Part shown: positions 10,295 through 22,592 of the stretch, one piece after another
Position numbering within the stretch: position 1 is the stretch's first letter
How the letters are laid out: every line of letters begins with the position of its first letter
Origin: an uncultured delta proteobacterium
GTDB lineage: Bacteria > Desulfobacterota > Binatia > Binatales > Binataceae
NCBI GenBank assembly: GCA_963774705.1
Contig: CAVZFW010000001.1
Coordinates: forward strand, 383,356-447,355
Length of the DNA: 64,000 nt
Reading direction: 5' to 3'
Notes under the pieces: generated by a model
What the model was told of the DNA's origin: nothing
What the model saw: only the letters and a program-made list of their open reading frames with translations
Database searches by the model: none
Translations under genes and position numbers: made by a program

Positions 10295-10400
10295 CGTTCG
10301 CACTCGATGACCTTCGCGTCGGAGTCGGGAGACGTTGGAAGACGCCATCGCCGCGGTCGCGAATTCGGAGTATCTGTGTACTCGTTGGATGACTGAAAAG

Positions 10401-11929
10401 ATGTTCAAGAGGATTCTGATTGCCAATCGCGGCGAGATTGCCGTTCGCGTGATCCGCGCCTGCCGCGAGTTGGGTATCGAGATCGGTCGCGGTCTTTTCC
10501 GAGGCCGATCGCGCCGCGCTGCATGTGCGCGATGCCGATTATGCGGTAGCGGTTGGACCGGCGCCCGCGCGCGAGAGCTATCTCAACGTCGAACGCATTC
10601 TCGAAGCCGCCAAGGCGACCGGCGCCGAGGCGGTCCATCCGGGCTACGGCTTCTTTTCCGAGAACGCCGGCTTTGCGCGCGCAGTAGCCGACGCCGGAAT
10701 GGTCTTTATCGGCCCGCCACCCACGCGATCGAGAAGATGGGCGACAAGGTCGAAGCGCGCAAGCTGATGGCGGCGGCGGGCGTGCCGGTGGTGCCGGGTT
10801 CGCCCGGTACGCTCGAGACCGAGGACGAAGTACGCGCGGTCGCGAACAAGATCGGCTTCCCGATCATGCTGAAGGCGGCGGCCGGCGGCGGCGGCAAAGG
10901 GATGCGCCTGGTCGAGAACGAAAAGGACCTCGCGTCAGCGGTGCGCACGGTCGCGAGCGAGGCCAAGTCGTCGTTCGGCGACGGCCGTTTCTACGTCGAA
11001 AAATTCGTCAAGCGGCCGCGCCATATCGAGATTCAGGTCTTCGCCGATCAGAAGGGCGAGACGGTGCACGTGTTCGAGCGCGAATGTTCGATTCAGCGCC
11101 GCAATCAGAAGGTGGTCGAGGAATCGCCGTCGCCGTTTATCACGCCCGAGATGCGCCGCTGCGATGGGCGAAGTCGCGGTCAAAGCCGCGCGGGCGGTCA
11201 ATTACGTCGGCGCCGGCACGATCGAATTTCTCGCGGACGCGGATCGGAATTTCTACTTCCTCGAAATGAACACGCGCATCCAGGTCGAGCATCCGGTGAC
11301 CGAACTGGTCACCGGCGTCGATCTGGTGAAGGCGCAGATCCAGGTCGCTGCGGGGATGCCATTGCCGTTCAAGCAGAGCGACCTCGCGCAACGCGGATGG
11401 GCGATCGAGTGCCGCATCTATGCCGAGGATCCGGCGGCGGGTTTTGTCCCCGCGCCCGGCCGAGATCGATACGCTGCGCCTGCCCGATGGACCGGGCGTG
11501 CGGGTTGATGCCGGCGTGTACGAGGGCTCGGAGGTTTCGCTCTTTTACGATCCGATGATTGCGAAACTGGCGACGTGGGGGCGCGACCGCGGCGAGGCGA
11601 TCGATCGCATGCGCCGGGCGCTCGCCGAATTTGCGATTGCAGGCGAGCTGACGACCAACCTCGAATTTCATCGCTGGATCGTCGAGCAGCCCGGCTTTCT
11701 CGCCGGCGACTTCGACACCAATTTCATCAACCAAGAATATCATCCCGAGAAGCTGGCGCGTGGCGAAGACGCGACGCGGATGGCCGCAATACTTGCTGCG
11801 GCGGTGACAGCGCATCGCAGTCAAAACCATGCGGCCACGTCGCTGCCGGATTCTGGAAGCGCGGGCGTCAGTGCGAATGGCGTATCGGCGTGGAAGACCC
11901 TCGGCCGCATCGACATGCTGCGGCGTTAA
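10401..11929 (+). CDS. accC: biotin carboxylase subunit of acyl-CoA carboxylase; at least 4 frame disruptions
   Basis: Starts [27 protein letters not shown] at 10401. It continues through the frames of ORFs 10525-10767, 10335-11558, 11164-11508 and 11420-11929 (…[10 protein letters not shown]…, …[14 protein letters not shown]…, …[12 protein letters not shown]…). Confidence 0.9.
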
Positions 11930-11953
11930 CGTGCCCGAAGGAGAACGTCCGAG

Positions 11954-12460
11954 ATGCCGATGAGACTGGTGGCGACGCTCGACGGCGCCGAGCATCAACT
12001 AGAAGTGGAGGAACTTTCCGCTCATACCCTCCGCCTCAAGTTGGGCGAGCGCCAATTCGCCCTCGACGTCCATCGCGTAGGCTCCTCGTCGTACTCGATT
12101 CTAGTGGACAACCGTTCATTCGATTTCGAAGTCGTTCGCGAGGGCGAGGATTTAATGGTGACCTCGCGCGGCGGAGCGACTCGTGTAACGCTGGTTGATG
12201 CGGCACGGAAATCGCGCCATCCCGGCGCGCGTCCGCAGGCCGCCGGCAAGGCGTCGCTCAAGGCGATGATGCCGGGTCGCGTCGTCAACGTCCTGGTGAA
12301 CGTAGGCGACGAAGTAGCGGCGCAGCAGGGGTTGCTGGTGGTCGAGGCGATGAAGATGGAAAACGAACTGAAGGCGCCCAAGGCTGGTAAAGTCGTCGAG
12401 ATCAAGGTCAAGGCCGGGCAGACCGTCGAGAAGGGCGAACTGTTGCTGGTCGTCGAGTAA
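11954..12460 (+). CDS. biotin carboxyl carrier (biotinyl/lipoyl attachment domain) protein
   Basis: 168-aa ORF. C-terminal biotinylation motif [13 protein letters not shown]. Confidence 0.85.
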   Translation: MPMRLVATLDGAEHQLEVEELSAHTLRLKLGERQFALDVHRVGSSSYSILVDNRSFDFEVVREGEDLMVTSRGGATRVTLVDAARKSRHPGARPQAAGKASLKAMMPGRVVNVLVNVGDEVAAQQGLLVVEAMKMENELKAPKAGKVVEIKVKAGQTVEKGELLLVVE

Positions 12461-12471
12461 TCGATCGATTC

Positions 12472-12504
12472 TATTTGCGAGGCCGTGATTTTATTTGCGA
12501 GGCC

Positions 12505-12510
<6 letters not shown>
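12472..12510 (+). repeat. 20-bp tandem direct repeat spanning the mutase start codon
   Basis: TATTTGCGAGGCCgTGAtt (12472-12490) is followed by TATTTGCGAGGCCaTGAgc (12492-12510). The 13-nt core is identical. Confidence 0.8.
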
Positions 12511-14184
<1,674 letters not shown>

Positions 14185-14323
14185 CGCATCGTTAACTTCG
14201 TGCGCCCGATGATCGGTGGACGCGGTCTTTCATAGGGATCGGATGTCTGGGAGATTAATGCTCGTGTCGCGACCAATCGATCAAGTGGCGGCCAACATGT
14301 CAGCCATGGGAGATAGCAACTAA

Positions 14324-14887
14324 ATGGGTCCGTTGCCGAAGGGTGTGTTTCTGACCAAGGGAGTTGGGAAACACCGCGAAAAGCTCAACGCTTTCGAGCT
14401 TTCGCTGCGCTCCGCACAAATCGCCGAGTATAATCTCGTGCGGGTAAAATCGATTTTTCCGCCGCTGTGCAAGCTGATCACGCCACAGGAAGGGCTGCGA
14501 TATTTGAGGCCTGGACAGATCGTGTTTGCGGTGATGAGCGATAACGCGACCGACGAACCGCATCGGCTGTGCGCGGCCTCGGTGGGCGTCGCGATTCCGG
14601 CCGACTCGCGCCAATACGGTTACCTTTCGGAACATCACAGCTTCGGCGAGACCGAGCAGAAGTCGGGTGACTATGCCGAAGACCTGGCCGCGATGATGCT
14701 CGCGACGATTCTTGGCGTCGATTTCGATCCCAATGCAAGTTACGACGAGCGCAAGGACATCTGGCGCGTATCCGACAAGATCGTCTCCACGCGCAACGTC
14801 ACCCAGTCGGCGATTGGCGATCGCGACGGGTTGTGGACCTCGGTGGTCGCGGCGGCGGTGTTCGTCGATTTGCCCGACGGCAAGTAA
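14324..14887 (+). CDS. pdaD: pyruvoyl-dependent arginine decarboxylase
   Basis: 187-aa ORF. PKGVFLTKGVGKHREKLNAFELSLRSAQIAEYNLVRVKSIFPP matches the PvlArgDC N-terminal and self-processing region. Confidence 0.85.
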   Translation: MGPLPKGVFLTKGVGKHREKLNAFELSLRSAQIAEYNLVRVKSIFPPLCKLITPQEGLRYLRPGQIVFAVMSDNATDEPHRLCAASVGVAIPADSRQYGYLSEHHSFGETEQKSGDYAEDLAAMMLATILGVDFDPNASYDERKDIWRVSDKIVSTRNVTQSAIGDRDGLWTSVVAAAVFVDLPDGK

Positions 14888-14939
14888 GGCGCCGGGGCAC
14901 GCAATTGAGTGTACGTCACGGTCGATGTAGGCTGACCAT

Positions 14940-15170
14940 ATGCCAACCGAGATTTTCTACTGCTCGCATTGAGGGTACCGGCCACGCGCGGCCAGTCTGG
15001 CCGCCATACTCAAATCGCGCTTCGATGAGGACGCAACGTTGACGCCCGGCAAGACCGGCCAGTTCGACGTTTTTGCCGACGGCAAGCTGATTTTCTCAAA
15101 GGCGACGGCTGGACGCTTTCCGCTCGAGGGCGAAGTCGAAGAGGCGTTCGCCAAGCTGCAGAAGAAGTAG
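14940..15170 (+). CDS. SelW/Rdx-family selenoprotein; in-frame UGA (Sec) at 14970-14972
   Basis: Not in the ORF track. ATG at 14940, TGA at 14970, TAG at 15168 (231 nt, in frame). The translation is MPTEIFYCSH-U-GYRPRAASLAAILKSRFDEDATLTPGKTGQFDVFADGKLIFSKATAGRFPLEGEVEEAFAKLQKK. It has a CxxU redox motif and the Rdx-type C-terminal half (…DGKLIFSK…GRFP…). selA is present in the same window. Confidence 0.8.
14988..15004 (+). promoter_or_regulatory. candidate bacterial SECIS hairpin
   Basis: GCGGCCA-GUC-UGGCCGC is a 7-bp GC-rich stem with a G/U-containing apical loop. It starts 18 nt after the U of the UGA. Confidence 0.5.
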
Positions 15171-15181
15171 AGAACGGTGTC

Positions 15182-16045
15182 TCAACGATCGTCGGCAGTG
15201 CCTAATATACGGCCGAGGTCGGCGGGAGCGAGCCGAATGCCGAAATAGAACGGCCCGAACTCGGCATAGCGCGCGCTCGATTCGTCAAAGCGCATCTCGT
15301 AGACCAGTTTCTTGAAGACCAACGGATCGTCGGCGAAAAGATCGACGCCCCATTCCCAGTCGTCGAAGCCGATCGATCCGGAAATTACCTGCGTTACCTG
15401 TCCGGCGTAGCGGCGGCCAATCATGCCATGATCACGCATCAGAAGTTGCCGCTCTTCGATCGGTAGCGAGTACCAATTGTCGCTGCCAGAGCGCCGCTTG
15501 TTCATCGGATAGAAGCAGACGTAGCGACGGTCGGGCACCTGCGGCCACAGGCGCGCACCCAGCTTGTGACGTTGGTCCTCGAGATCGTCCTTGACCGCTT
15601 GAATCCACTCCGGCGAATGTGGCTTCAGCCCCTTTTCGACCAACTCCGCGTGGAGTTTAACGGTGGCTTCGTAGAGGCCGATTTCAACCACCGAAAGATA
15701 TGAAGTGGTTGGTTCGAGGAACTCACTGAGCCCGAGTCGGCCCACCTCGAGTTGCGCGACGCCAAGCTCATCGAAGCCGCGGCGAAAATGAATCGCGATA
15801 AGATCGCCCTTATGGCCCAGTTGCGAGAAGATTGCACTCTGGCCGTCTTCGCGCCGTTCCATCGCGGAAAAGGCGAGAGAGGCGTTTTCAATAATCTTCG
15901 CACGCCGGTCTGCCATCAACGCGTTCCATTGGGGGCGGCGCAGGCGAAAGAACTGATGCAACAAGGCATAGCCTTCGAGCGTGTGGGGTGCTGCCGCGAC
16001 ATCGCGGGCGGTAGTGGAAGATTCGTCTGAAGGCGTTCGCTTCAT
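15182..16045 (-). CDS. chlorite dismutase family protein (HemQ/ChdC-like coproheme decarboxylase)
   Basis: 287-aa ORF. …YVCFYPMNKRR…NWY…RDHGMIGRRYAG.V.QVISGSIGFDDWEWGVDLFADDP…KLVYEMRFDE is the family pattern. Confidence 0.8.
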   Translation of the reverse strand: MKRTPSDESSTTARDVAAAPHTLEGYALLHQFFRLRRPQWNALMADRRAKIIENASLAFSAMERREDGQSAIFSQLGHKGDLIAIHFRRGFDELGVAQLEVGRLGLSEFLEPTTSYLSVVEIGLYEATVKLHAELVEKGLKPHSPEWIQAVKDDLEDQRHKLGARLWPQVPDRRYVCFYPMNKRRSGSDNWYSLPIEERQLLMRDHGMIGRRYAGQVTQVISGSIGFDDWEWGVDLFADDPLVFKKLVYEMRFDESSARYAEFGPFYFGIRLAPADLGRILGTADDR

Positions 16046-16126
16046 GGTTGCAAATTGGGCGTCTAACTCTGTCGCGATTCGATTAATCCTTGCTCAATTT
16101 ATATTCGCAGGCGACGCTTCCGCCAA

Positions 16127-17515
16127 CTAGCAGTTGCGGTTGCGGAATTGAACGCATGACTCGACCAGGCCCGCAGCCGCTGACGGATTCGAGGCCCAAT
16201 GTGCGTGGACATAGGACGCGAGCAAATTGCCCGAACGATAGCCCTCGGTAAATTCCTCGCCCCATTTCGGACGTACCGCGTATACGTGTTCGATTCCGGC
16301 GGGAGCTGGTTCGAGGTTCGAGTAGCGAAATTGGTGGCCGCGAAAGCGAAGGCCGGCCGGTCCGAGCAACGACGCTGCAATCGTCTCGATTTCCACGTAG
16401 CCGATCGCTTGCAGACGATCATTCATGACCGCGTCGGCGGGAATCAGGCCAACCATGGGGAAAGTCACGCCATCGACCGTGCGAATGGCGCGAGTGAGGT
16501 ACATCAGACCGCCGCACTCGGCGTAAATCGGACCACCGCGCGCTGCAAATTCACGCACCGCCGAGATCATCGAATTATTCGAGGATAATTGCGGAGCGAC
16601 GGCCTCGGGATAGCCGCCGCCGAAATAGAGTCCGTCCACCGCAGGCAGTTCGCGATCGCGGGTCGGACTGAAATTCACGATCTCGGCGCCAAGCACTTCG
16701 AGTCGACGAAGGTTGTCCTCGTAGTAGAAGTGGAATGCGTCGTCTAGCGCGACCCCGATACGGCATCGCGATGAACGATTCGATGCCCGCTCGCGGTTGG
16801 CGGTTGGAAACTCTAAAGGCTGGACCGTGTGCGCGATAGAAATGATCTTGTCGAGGTCGAGCCATTCGCTGGCGAGCCGCCCCCATTGATCGAGCAGTCG
16901 CCGCGGAACGTGCTGTTCGTTCGCGCTGAAGAGGCCCAAGTGACGCTCGGGGAACTTGGCCGAGGCCGTCTCGGGCAGGCCGCCGACGACCAGCACCTCG
17001 CGCGACGCCATGCGCAGCAAGTCGAGATGGCCGCGACCTCCGACCCGATTGCAGATGAGACCGGCGAGTTTAAGCGCCGGATCGAAACGCGCAAAGCCAT
17101 GAGCGACCGCAGCGATCGTGCGGGCCATGCCGGATGCGTCGGTCACCAGGATCACCGGCGCAGCGAGCCATTTCGCGATTTCAGCGCTGGAGCCCTCGTC
17201 GGCGATCGGCGAAGCCCCGTCGAAAAGCCCCATCATGCCTTCGATGACCGCAATGTCGGCGTTACCAGCAGCGCGCACGAAGGTCGCGACGACCGCCTCG
17301 CGCCCCATCATCCAGCCGTCGAGATTATGCGAGACGCCGCCGCTCACGCGCGCGTGATAGGTCGGATCGAGATAGTCAGGTCCGCATTTGAAAGCGGCGA
17401 CGGAGAGACCGCGCGCCCGCAGTGCGGCGATTAATCCGATGGTCGCAGTGGTCTTGCCGGCGCCGCTTCCGGTGGCCGCGATCAACAGACGTGGAATTGG
17501 CTTGCCGCCGGTCAT
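16127..17515 (-). CDS. cbiA: cobyrinate (or related tetrapyrrole) a,c-diamide synthase
   Basis: 462-aa ORF with an N-terminal P-loop (IAATGSGAGKTTATIGLIAAL) and a C-terminal glutamine amidotransferase domain (IYAECGGLMYL). Confidence 0.85.
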   Translation of the reverse strand: MTGGKPIPRLLIAATGSGAGKTTATIGLIAALRARGLSVAAFKCGPDYLDPTYHARVSGGVSHNLDGWMMGREAVVATFVRAAGNADIAVIEGMMGLFDGASPIADEGSSAEIAKWLAAPVILVTDASGMARTIAAVAHGFARFDPALKLAGLICNRVGGRGHLDLLRMASREVLVVGGLPETASAKFPERHLGLFSANEQHVPRRLLDQWGRLASEWLDLDKIISIAHTVQPLEFPTANRERASNRSSRCRIGVALDDAFHFYYEDNLRRLEVLGAEIVNFSPTRDRELPAVDGLYFGGGYPEAVAPQLSSNNSMISAVREFAARGGPIYAECGGLMYLTRAIRTVDGVTFPMVGLIPADAVMNDRLQAIGYVEIETIAASLLGPAGLRFRGHQFRYSNLEPAPAGIEHVYAVRPKWGEEFTEGYRSGNLLASYVHAHWASNPSAAAGLVESCVQFRNRNC

Positions 17516-17684
17516 GGTCGATTGATTCTACCAAAACAAGTTGTTGAGGAACGCATCATGCCGAGGTTGACGCGTCCGAGACAGCCAATCCAGTTCCGAT
17601 AGCTGAAACCTTACGCGCATGAAGTTGTAGCGGGACAACACGCGAGAAGTTTCGCCCTTGCGAACCCGCGTTGGCGCTGAATAA

Positions 17685-18494
17685 ATGGAACTCCACGAAT
17701 TTCAACGATCAGGGGAGTATGCGATGGAAACGCCGGGCAAGCCGAGTCAGGACTGGAAAGCAGATCGCTATGCGCAGCACGCTCACTTTGTGCCTGCGCT
17801 GGGTGCGCCGGTGCTCGAGTTGCTCAAACCGCAACCGGGAGAACGAATCCTTGACTTGGCCTGCGGCGACGGCGTGCTCACGGAAAAAATCGCCGCATCG
17901 GGAGCGATCGTCGTTGGCGTAGATGCAGCGGCGGATATGATCGCGGCGGCGAGCAAGCGCGGCCTGGACGCTCGTGTTATGGAGGGCGGCAAGCTCCAAT
18001 TTTCCGCGGAGTTCGACGCGGTGTTTTCCAATGCAGCGCTCCATTGGATGAGGCACGATCGCGACGCCGTGATTGCCGGCGTCCATCGCGCGCTCAAGCC
18101 CAGCGGGCGTTTCGTCGCCGAGATGGGTGGGCATGGATGCGTCGCGGCGATCACGATCGCTCTACTTGCGGTGCTCGAACGGCACGGGATCAAGGACGGT
18201 GCGACAACGATCCCGTGGTACTTTCCGACGGTGGACGATTATCGCGCGCGGCTGGAACGCGCGGGCTTCAAAGTTGATTACATCGAGCTGATTCCGCGCC
18301 CAACACCGTTGCCGACCAACATGGCCGGATGGCTCGAGCTTTTCGCACAGCCGTTGCTGAATCGGCTGCCAGCCGACCAACGGGCGCAAGCGGTTGATGA
18401 AACGGTCGAGATGCTGCGCCCGGTGCTGTGCGACGAACAGGGCCGCTGGACCGGCGACTACATCCGCTTGCGGTTCGCCGCACACCGTCAGTAA
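17685..18494 (+). CDS. class I SAM-dependent methyltransferase (trans-aconitate methyltransferase-like)
   Basis: 269-aa ORF with the SAM motif ILDLACGDGVLT. The start could be the internal Met at 17724. Confidence 0.8.
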   Translation: MELHEFQRSGEYAMETPGKPSQDWKADRYAQHAHFVPALGAPVLELLKPQPGERILDLACGDGVLTEKIAASGAIVVGVDAAADMIAAASKRGLDARVMEGGKLQFSAEFDAVFSNAALHWMRHDRDAVIAGVHRALKPSGRFVAEMGGHGCVAAITIALLAVLERHGIKDGATTIPWYFPTVDDYRARLERAGFKVDYIELIPRPTPLPTNMAGWLELFAQPLLNRLPADQRAQAVDETVEMLRPVLCDEQGRWTGDYIRLRFAAHRQ

Positions 18495-19645
18495 CCGCGA
18501 GCGACGTTGCCGAGCAGCGCACGTGCGACCAGCAACTTCATCACCTGTGCGGTACCGTCGCCGATCTCGAGGCCGATGACGTCGCGCATTCGCTGCTGAT
18601 GGGGCAAATCGAGGCTGAAGCCCAGGTGGCCGTGGAGCAGGAGACATTGATGGAGCACCTGCGCCGCGAGTTCGGGCGCCCACCATTTGCATCCGGCAGC
18701 GAGCCATCCGTGCGGCTCGCCGCGATCCTTGAGCGATAGAGCTTCGTAGCAGAGCAGGCGGGCGGCGCGCAGTTGCACGGCCGCCTCGGCCAGCGGAAAC
18801 GAAACGCCCTCGAAGCGCGCAAGGCTGCCGCCGAAGGCCTGGCGCTCGACGACATACTTGCAGGTCTCGTCTACGCTTTGTTGCGCTGCGCCGATGCACA
18901 TCAGGCCGATGAGCGAGCGGGTGAAGTCGAAGCCTTGCATCACCTGCACGAAGCCGAGACCCTCGGCGCCGACGCGCGCATCGGCCGGAACGCGAACGGA
19001 ATCGAAGAACAACTGGCCGCGTCCGATGGAACGCGAACCGAGATCGCGAAAGCGAGTGCGGCTGACGCCAGGCGAGTGGAGATTGACATAGAAGGCGCTG
19101 ATGCCGTGCGCGCCTTGTTCGATCGTACCGGTTCGCGCCATCACGAGAATCGTGTCTGCCCACGAAGCGAATGAAATAGATGTTTTCTCGCCATCTAGTA
19201 TATAGCTGTCGCCCTCGCGGCGTGCGCTCAGCTTGACGTGTGCAGCGTCGGAGCCGCCCGCGGGTTCGGTGACGCCGAGCGCGGGCACGATCTCGCCGCT
19301 GCAGATTCCCGGGTAGCCAAGCGCCCTTCTGACGCTTCGTCGCCGCGCGCCGCGATTATCGCGCCGACCAGCGCGGACAGCAGTAGTATGTACGCAGCGT
19401 TGAAATCGCAGCGACCGAGTTCTTCAAACGCGATGCCGAGCGAGACGTAATCGAGTTCCTGTCCGCCATAACGCTGCTCGACCATTGGCGCGAGCATGCC
19501 CAATTCGCCGAGCTTGCGTACGACGTTCGCGCGGCAGGTCCTCGTCCTTGTCGCGACTCGCATACGCTGGCAGCAGTTCGCGGCGGGCAAAATCGGCGAG
19601 CGTGTCGCGCAGGAGTTGTTGGTCTTGATTGAACGAAAAATCCAT
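18488..19645 (-). CDS. acyl-CoA dehydrogenase; at least 2 frame disruptions
   Basis: Three fragments read in order reconstruct an ACAD. They are 19424-19645 (MDFSFNQDQQLLRDTLADFARRELLP), 19228-19590 (…KLGELGMLAPMVEQRYGGQELDYVSLGIAFEELGR) and 18488-19288 (…GVTEPAGGSDAA…QAFGG…IGDGTAQV). Confidence 0.85.
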
Positions 19646-19718
19646 GGTGCGGCTCTGCGACCTCAGGTTCGTTTACGACGTTGAAAAATTCCGGCAGCGC
19701 ATGAATTCGATTGATCCT

Positions 19719-20811
19719 TCACTTTGCCTTCACCGGATGAGCACCCTCGCAATGCAATGGATGACGGCGGAAGAAATCCAGAATCGCTGCGGTCCACGGC
19801 TTCGGCCATCGTAGATGATGCGCCATCCCGACCATCGCGGCGAACGGATTTCGCAGACCGCCGTTGGGATTATTGCCGCAGGTTGAATTGCATTCGTTGG
19901 TGGCCCGCTGATCGTAATCGATAATCGTGTCGGCGACGGTGCCGCCGAGAGCGCCAAGTTGTTTTTCGAGTAGGAGCGCGTTGGGGCAGATGCCACCAAT
20001 GTCGCAACTGTTATGCACCTGGTAGGTCGGCAATTTCGGATTGAATACCTGAATCTGACGATAATCCGCGGCCGCGCCTGCTACCGGTACCTGCGGGCAT
20101 GGATCGAGTGCCGAGCTGAAATGGGTCGGCAGCCGAATACACTCCGACAGCCGCAATTTCCCGGCGGTTCAGGCCGTACAAGTACGCCATCGCGCCGCCG
20201 TTCGACCATCCGGTCACATAGATGCGCTGGCGATCGACTTTGCCAGTCGCTTCGACCGCGTCGATGAAATGATCGATGGTCGCAGCATCGACGTTTTCAG
20301 GGTAACTCTTGCCCGCTGCGGTAACCGCGCCTGACGGATTGAACTGGCGATACCAGTTGTCCCAGCCGGTGCCGGTGCGATCCGGCGGTGAATAATAATG
20401 TGTGGTGTTGCGCCCCTGCGGTGCCAGCAGGATGAACCCTGGTCGCGCTGGATCGTCGCTTACGTTTGCGGTCTTGAGAAAATCGAGCAGGTTGGTAAAA
20501 CGCCTGACGCTGTCGGCATTGGCCAGCGACGGATGCAGATAAACGATTAGCGGCAGTGGCCTGCGCGGCGTCGGCGATGGTGGTTGATACAGACACGCGT
20601 ATCGCGGCGTCCCGTCGGAATCGTTCCACGGGCCGAGGACCTCGCCGTCCGTGCACCTGGGCACGACGTTGGCGATTAATTTCGCCGGCGGATCTCCGAA
20701 CGGTCCACAGCTTTGTTTCACGACGGCGCGCGCCGTATCCCGCGTTTCTGGCGCCATCGCAAGCAAAACGGCAACCGCAAGCATTGCCAAAGAGGCCCGC
20801 TTATACGTCAT
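19719..20811 (-). CDS. secreted esterase, PHB depolymerase/LpqC-like family; one frame disruption near 20155
   Basis: ORF 20011-20811 has a signal peptide, PLIVYLHP and the nucleophile elbow GWSNGG. The Cys-rich C-terminal part continues in ORF 19719-20156. Confidence 0.7.
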
Positions 20812-20845
20812 CGACTCGCAAACGCGGCTTAGAGATGGAATCGGC

Positions 20846-21325
20846 CTATTGCGGCCCTTGCGTCGTGATCGAGGCGGGCGATGCCTGTTGCAGGGTGTTC
20901 AGCAATGGAAGATTCGTAATCCCGTTGGCACTCGGGTCGCCCTCGATGCCGGGTATTTCCATTTGCTGCGAGTTAATGTCGCCCTCACCAATGGTCGAAT
21001 CGGGATCGTCGTCGCCGTTCTTTGCCGCTTCTTCTTTCTGATGCTTGATAAGCTCGCGCTGAACGTCGCCCTGATTTACTTCCCGCTTGAAGCCAATGTT
21101 GTGCGACAGGTTCGACCGATCCTTCGCGCTCATTGTAAGCCAGCGCTGAGAGGCCTCGGCACCGTTGCCGCGGTTGAGCGCATCCATGAATTTCTGTTGC
21201 GGCGAATCATGATGAAAAAAGGAACATCCCGACGCGCTCAACCAAACCATGCAGATCAGCGTCAGGCCAACGACCATTCGATGCGATGCGCGTTCCATTT
21301 CGCATTCAAGTCTATTGGCGCGCAC
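20846..21325 (-). CDS. hypothetical lipoprotein
   Basis: 159-aa ORF with the lipobox-like signal MVVGLTLICMVWLSASGC. The mature part is acidic and low-complexity. Confidence 0.5.
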   Translation of the reverse strand: MRANRLECEMERASHRMVVGLTLICMVWLSASGCSFFHHDSPQQKFMDALNRGNGAEASQRWLTMSAKDRSNLSHNIGFKREVNQGDVQRELIKHQKEEAAKNGDDDPDSTIGEGDINSQQMEIPGIEGDPSANGITNLPLLNTLQQASPASITTQGPQ

Positions 21326-21388
21326 GCGTCATGATCAATTCTATTTTTCGTCGAGCGATGCAGATCGCAGAACACAAGCAAGACCGCT

Positions 21389-22499
21389 TCAGAAGATCAC
21401 GACGCCGCGAATGGACTTGCCCTGATGCATCAGGTCGAAGCCTTCGTTGATGCGATCGAGCGGTAGGGTGTGTGTTATGAGGTCGTCGATATTGATGCGC
21501 CCGTCCATGTACCAATCGACGATTTTAGGCACGTCGCGCCGGCTTTTGGCGCCGCCGAATGCGGTTCCCTTCCAGGTGCGTCCGGTCACCAGCTGAAACG
21601 GCCGCGTCGAAATCTCCTGACCGGCGCCGGCCACGCCGATTATTACGCAGGTGCCCCATCCACGCTGACAGCACTCGAGTGCCTGGCGCATCAATTGTAC
21701 GTTGCCCACGCATTCGAAAGAGAAATCTGCGCCGCCCTTGGTCAAATCGATCAGATAGGGCACTAGCTCGCCGCGAACTTCCGCGGGGTTGACGAAATGC
21801 GTCATGCCGAATTTTGTCGCAATTGCCTGGCGTCCCGGATTCTGGTCAACGCCAACGATCATGGAGGCGCCCGCCAATCGCGCGCCTTGCACAACGTTAA
21901 GCCCGATCCCGCCGAGCCCGAACACGACGACCCGATCGCCGACCTGGACCTTCGCCGTATTGATCACCGCGCCGATTCCGGTGGTCACGCCGCAGCCGAT
22001 GTAGCAGACCTTGTCGAACGGCGCGTCGTCGCGAATCTTCGCCAGCGCGATCTCCGGCACGACCGTGTAATTCGCGAAGGTCGACGTGCCCATATAATGA
22101 TGCACTGGCTTGCCGCCAAGCGAAAAGCGACTGGTTCCGTCGGGCATCAGTCCGCGTCCCTGGGTCTCGCGAATCGCCGTGCACAGATTCGTCCGCCCCG
22201 ACAGACATGACGGACAGTTGCGGCATTCCGGGATGTAAAGCGGAATCACGTGATCGCCCGGCTTCAGTGTCGTCACTGCTGGCCCGATTTCGACCACCAC
22301 GCCCGCGCCCTCGTGGCCCATGATCGACGGGAACAGCCCCTCCGGGTCCTTGCCCGATAGCGTGTAGGCGTCCGTATGACAGATCGCCGGTCGCCTTGAT
22401 TTCGACCAGCGCCTCGCCCGCCTTCGGCCCGTCGAGATCGACCTCGGTCACTTCCAGCGGCACGCCCACCGCGCGCGCCAACGCCGCCCTGACTTTCAC
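21389..22499 (-). CDS. frmA: class III zinc alcohol dehydrogenase / S-(hydroxymethyl)glutathione dehydrogenase; one frame disruption near 22385
   Basis: The N-terminus [38 protein letters not shown] (ORF 21897-22499) joins ORF 21389-22321 ([12 protein letters not shown]…[15 protein letters not shown]…GLGGIGLNV). Confidence 0.9.
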
Positions 22500-22592
22500 G
22501 ATTATCTACCTGCCTTTCACAATTCCTGAGAATGGACCCTCGACGAGGGGGCTGTTTCCCGCGAATTCCTGCGCGTTTACATTGAGAGTGAA

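Noticed and set aside
17516-17700. Cobalamin riboswitch upstream of cbiA on the minus strand.
   Set aside because: There is no B12 box (GCCACTG-type) and no conserved …GGGAA…GGTG.AA.TCC… core in the leader. I found only loose resemblances.
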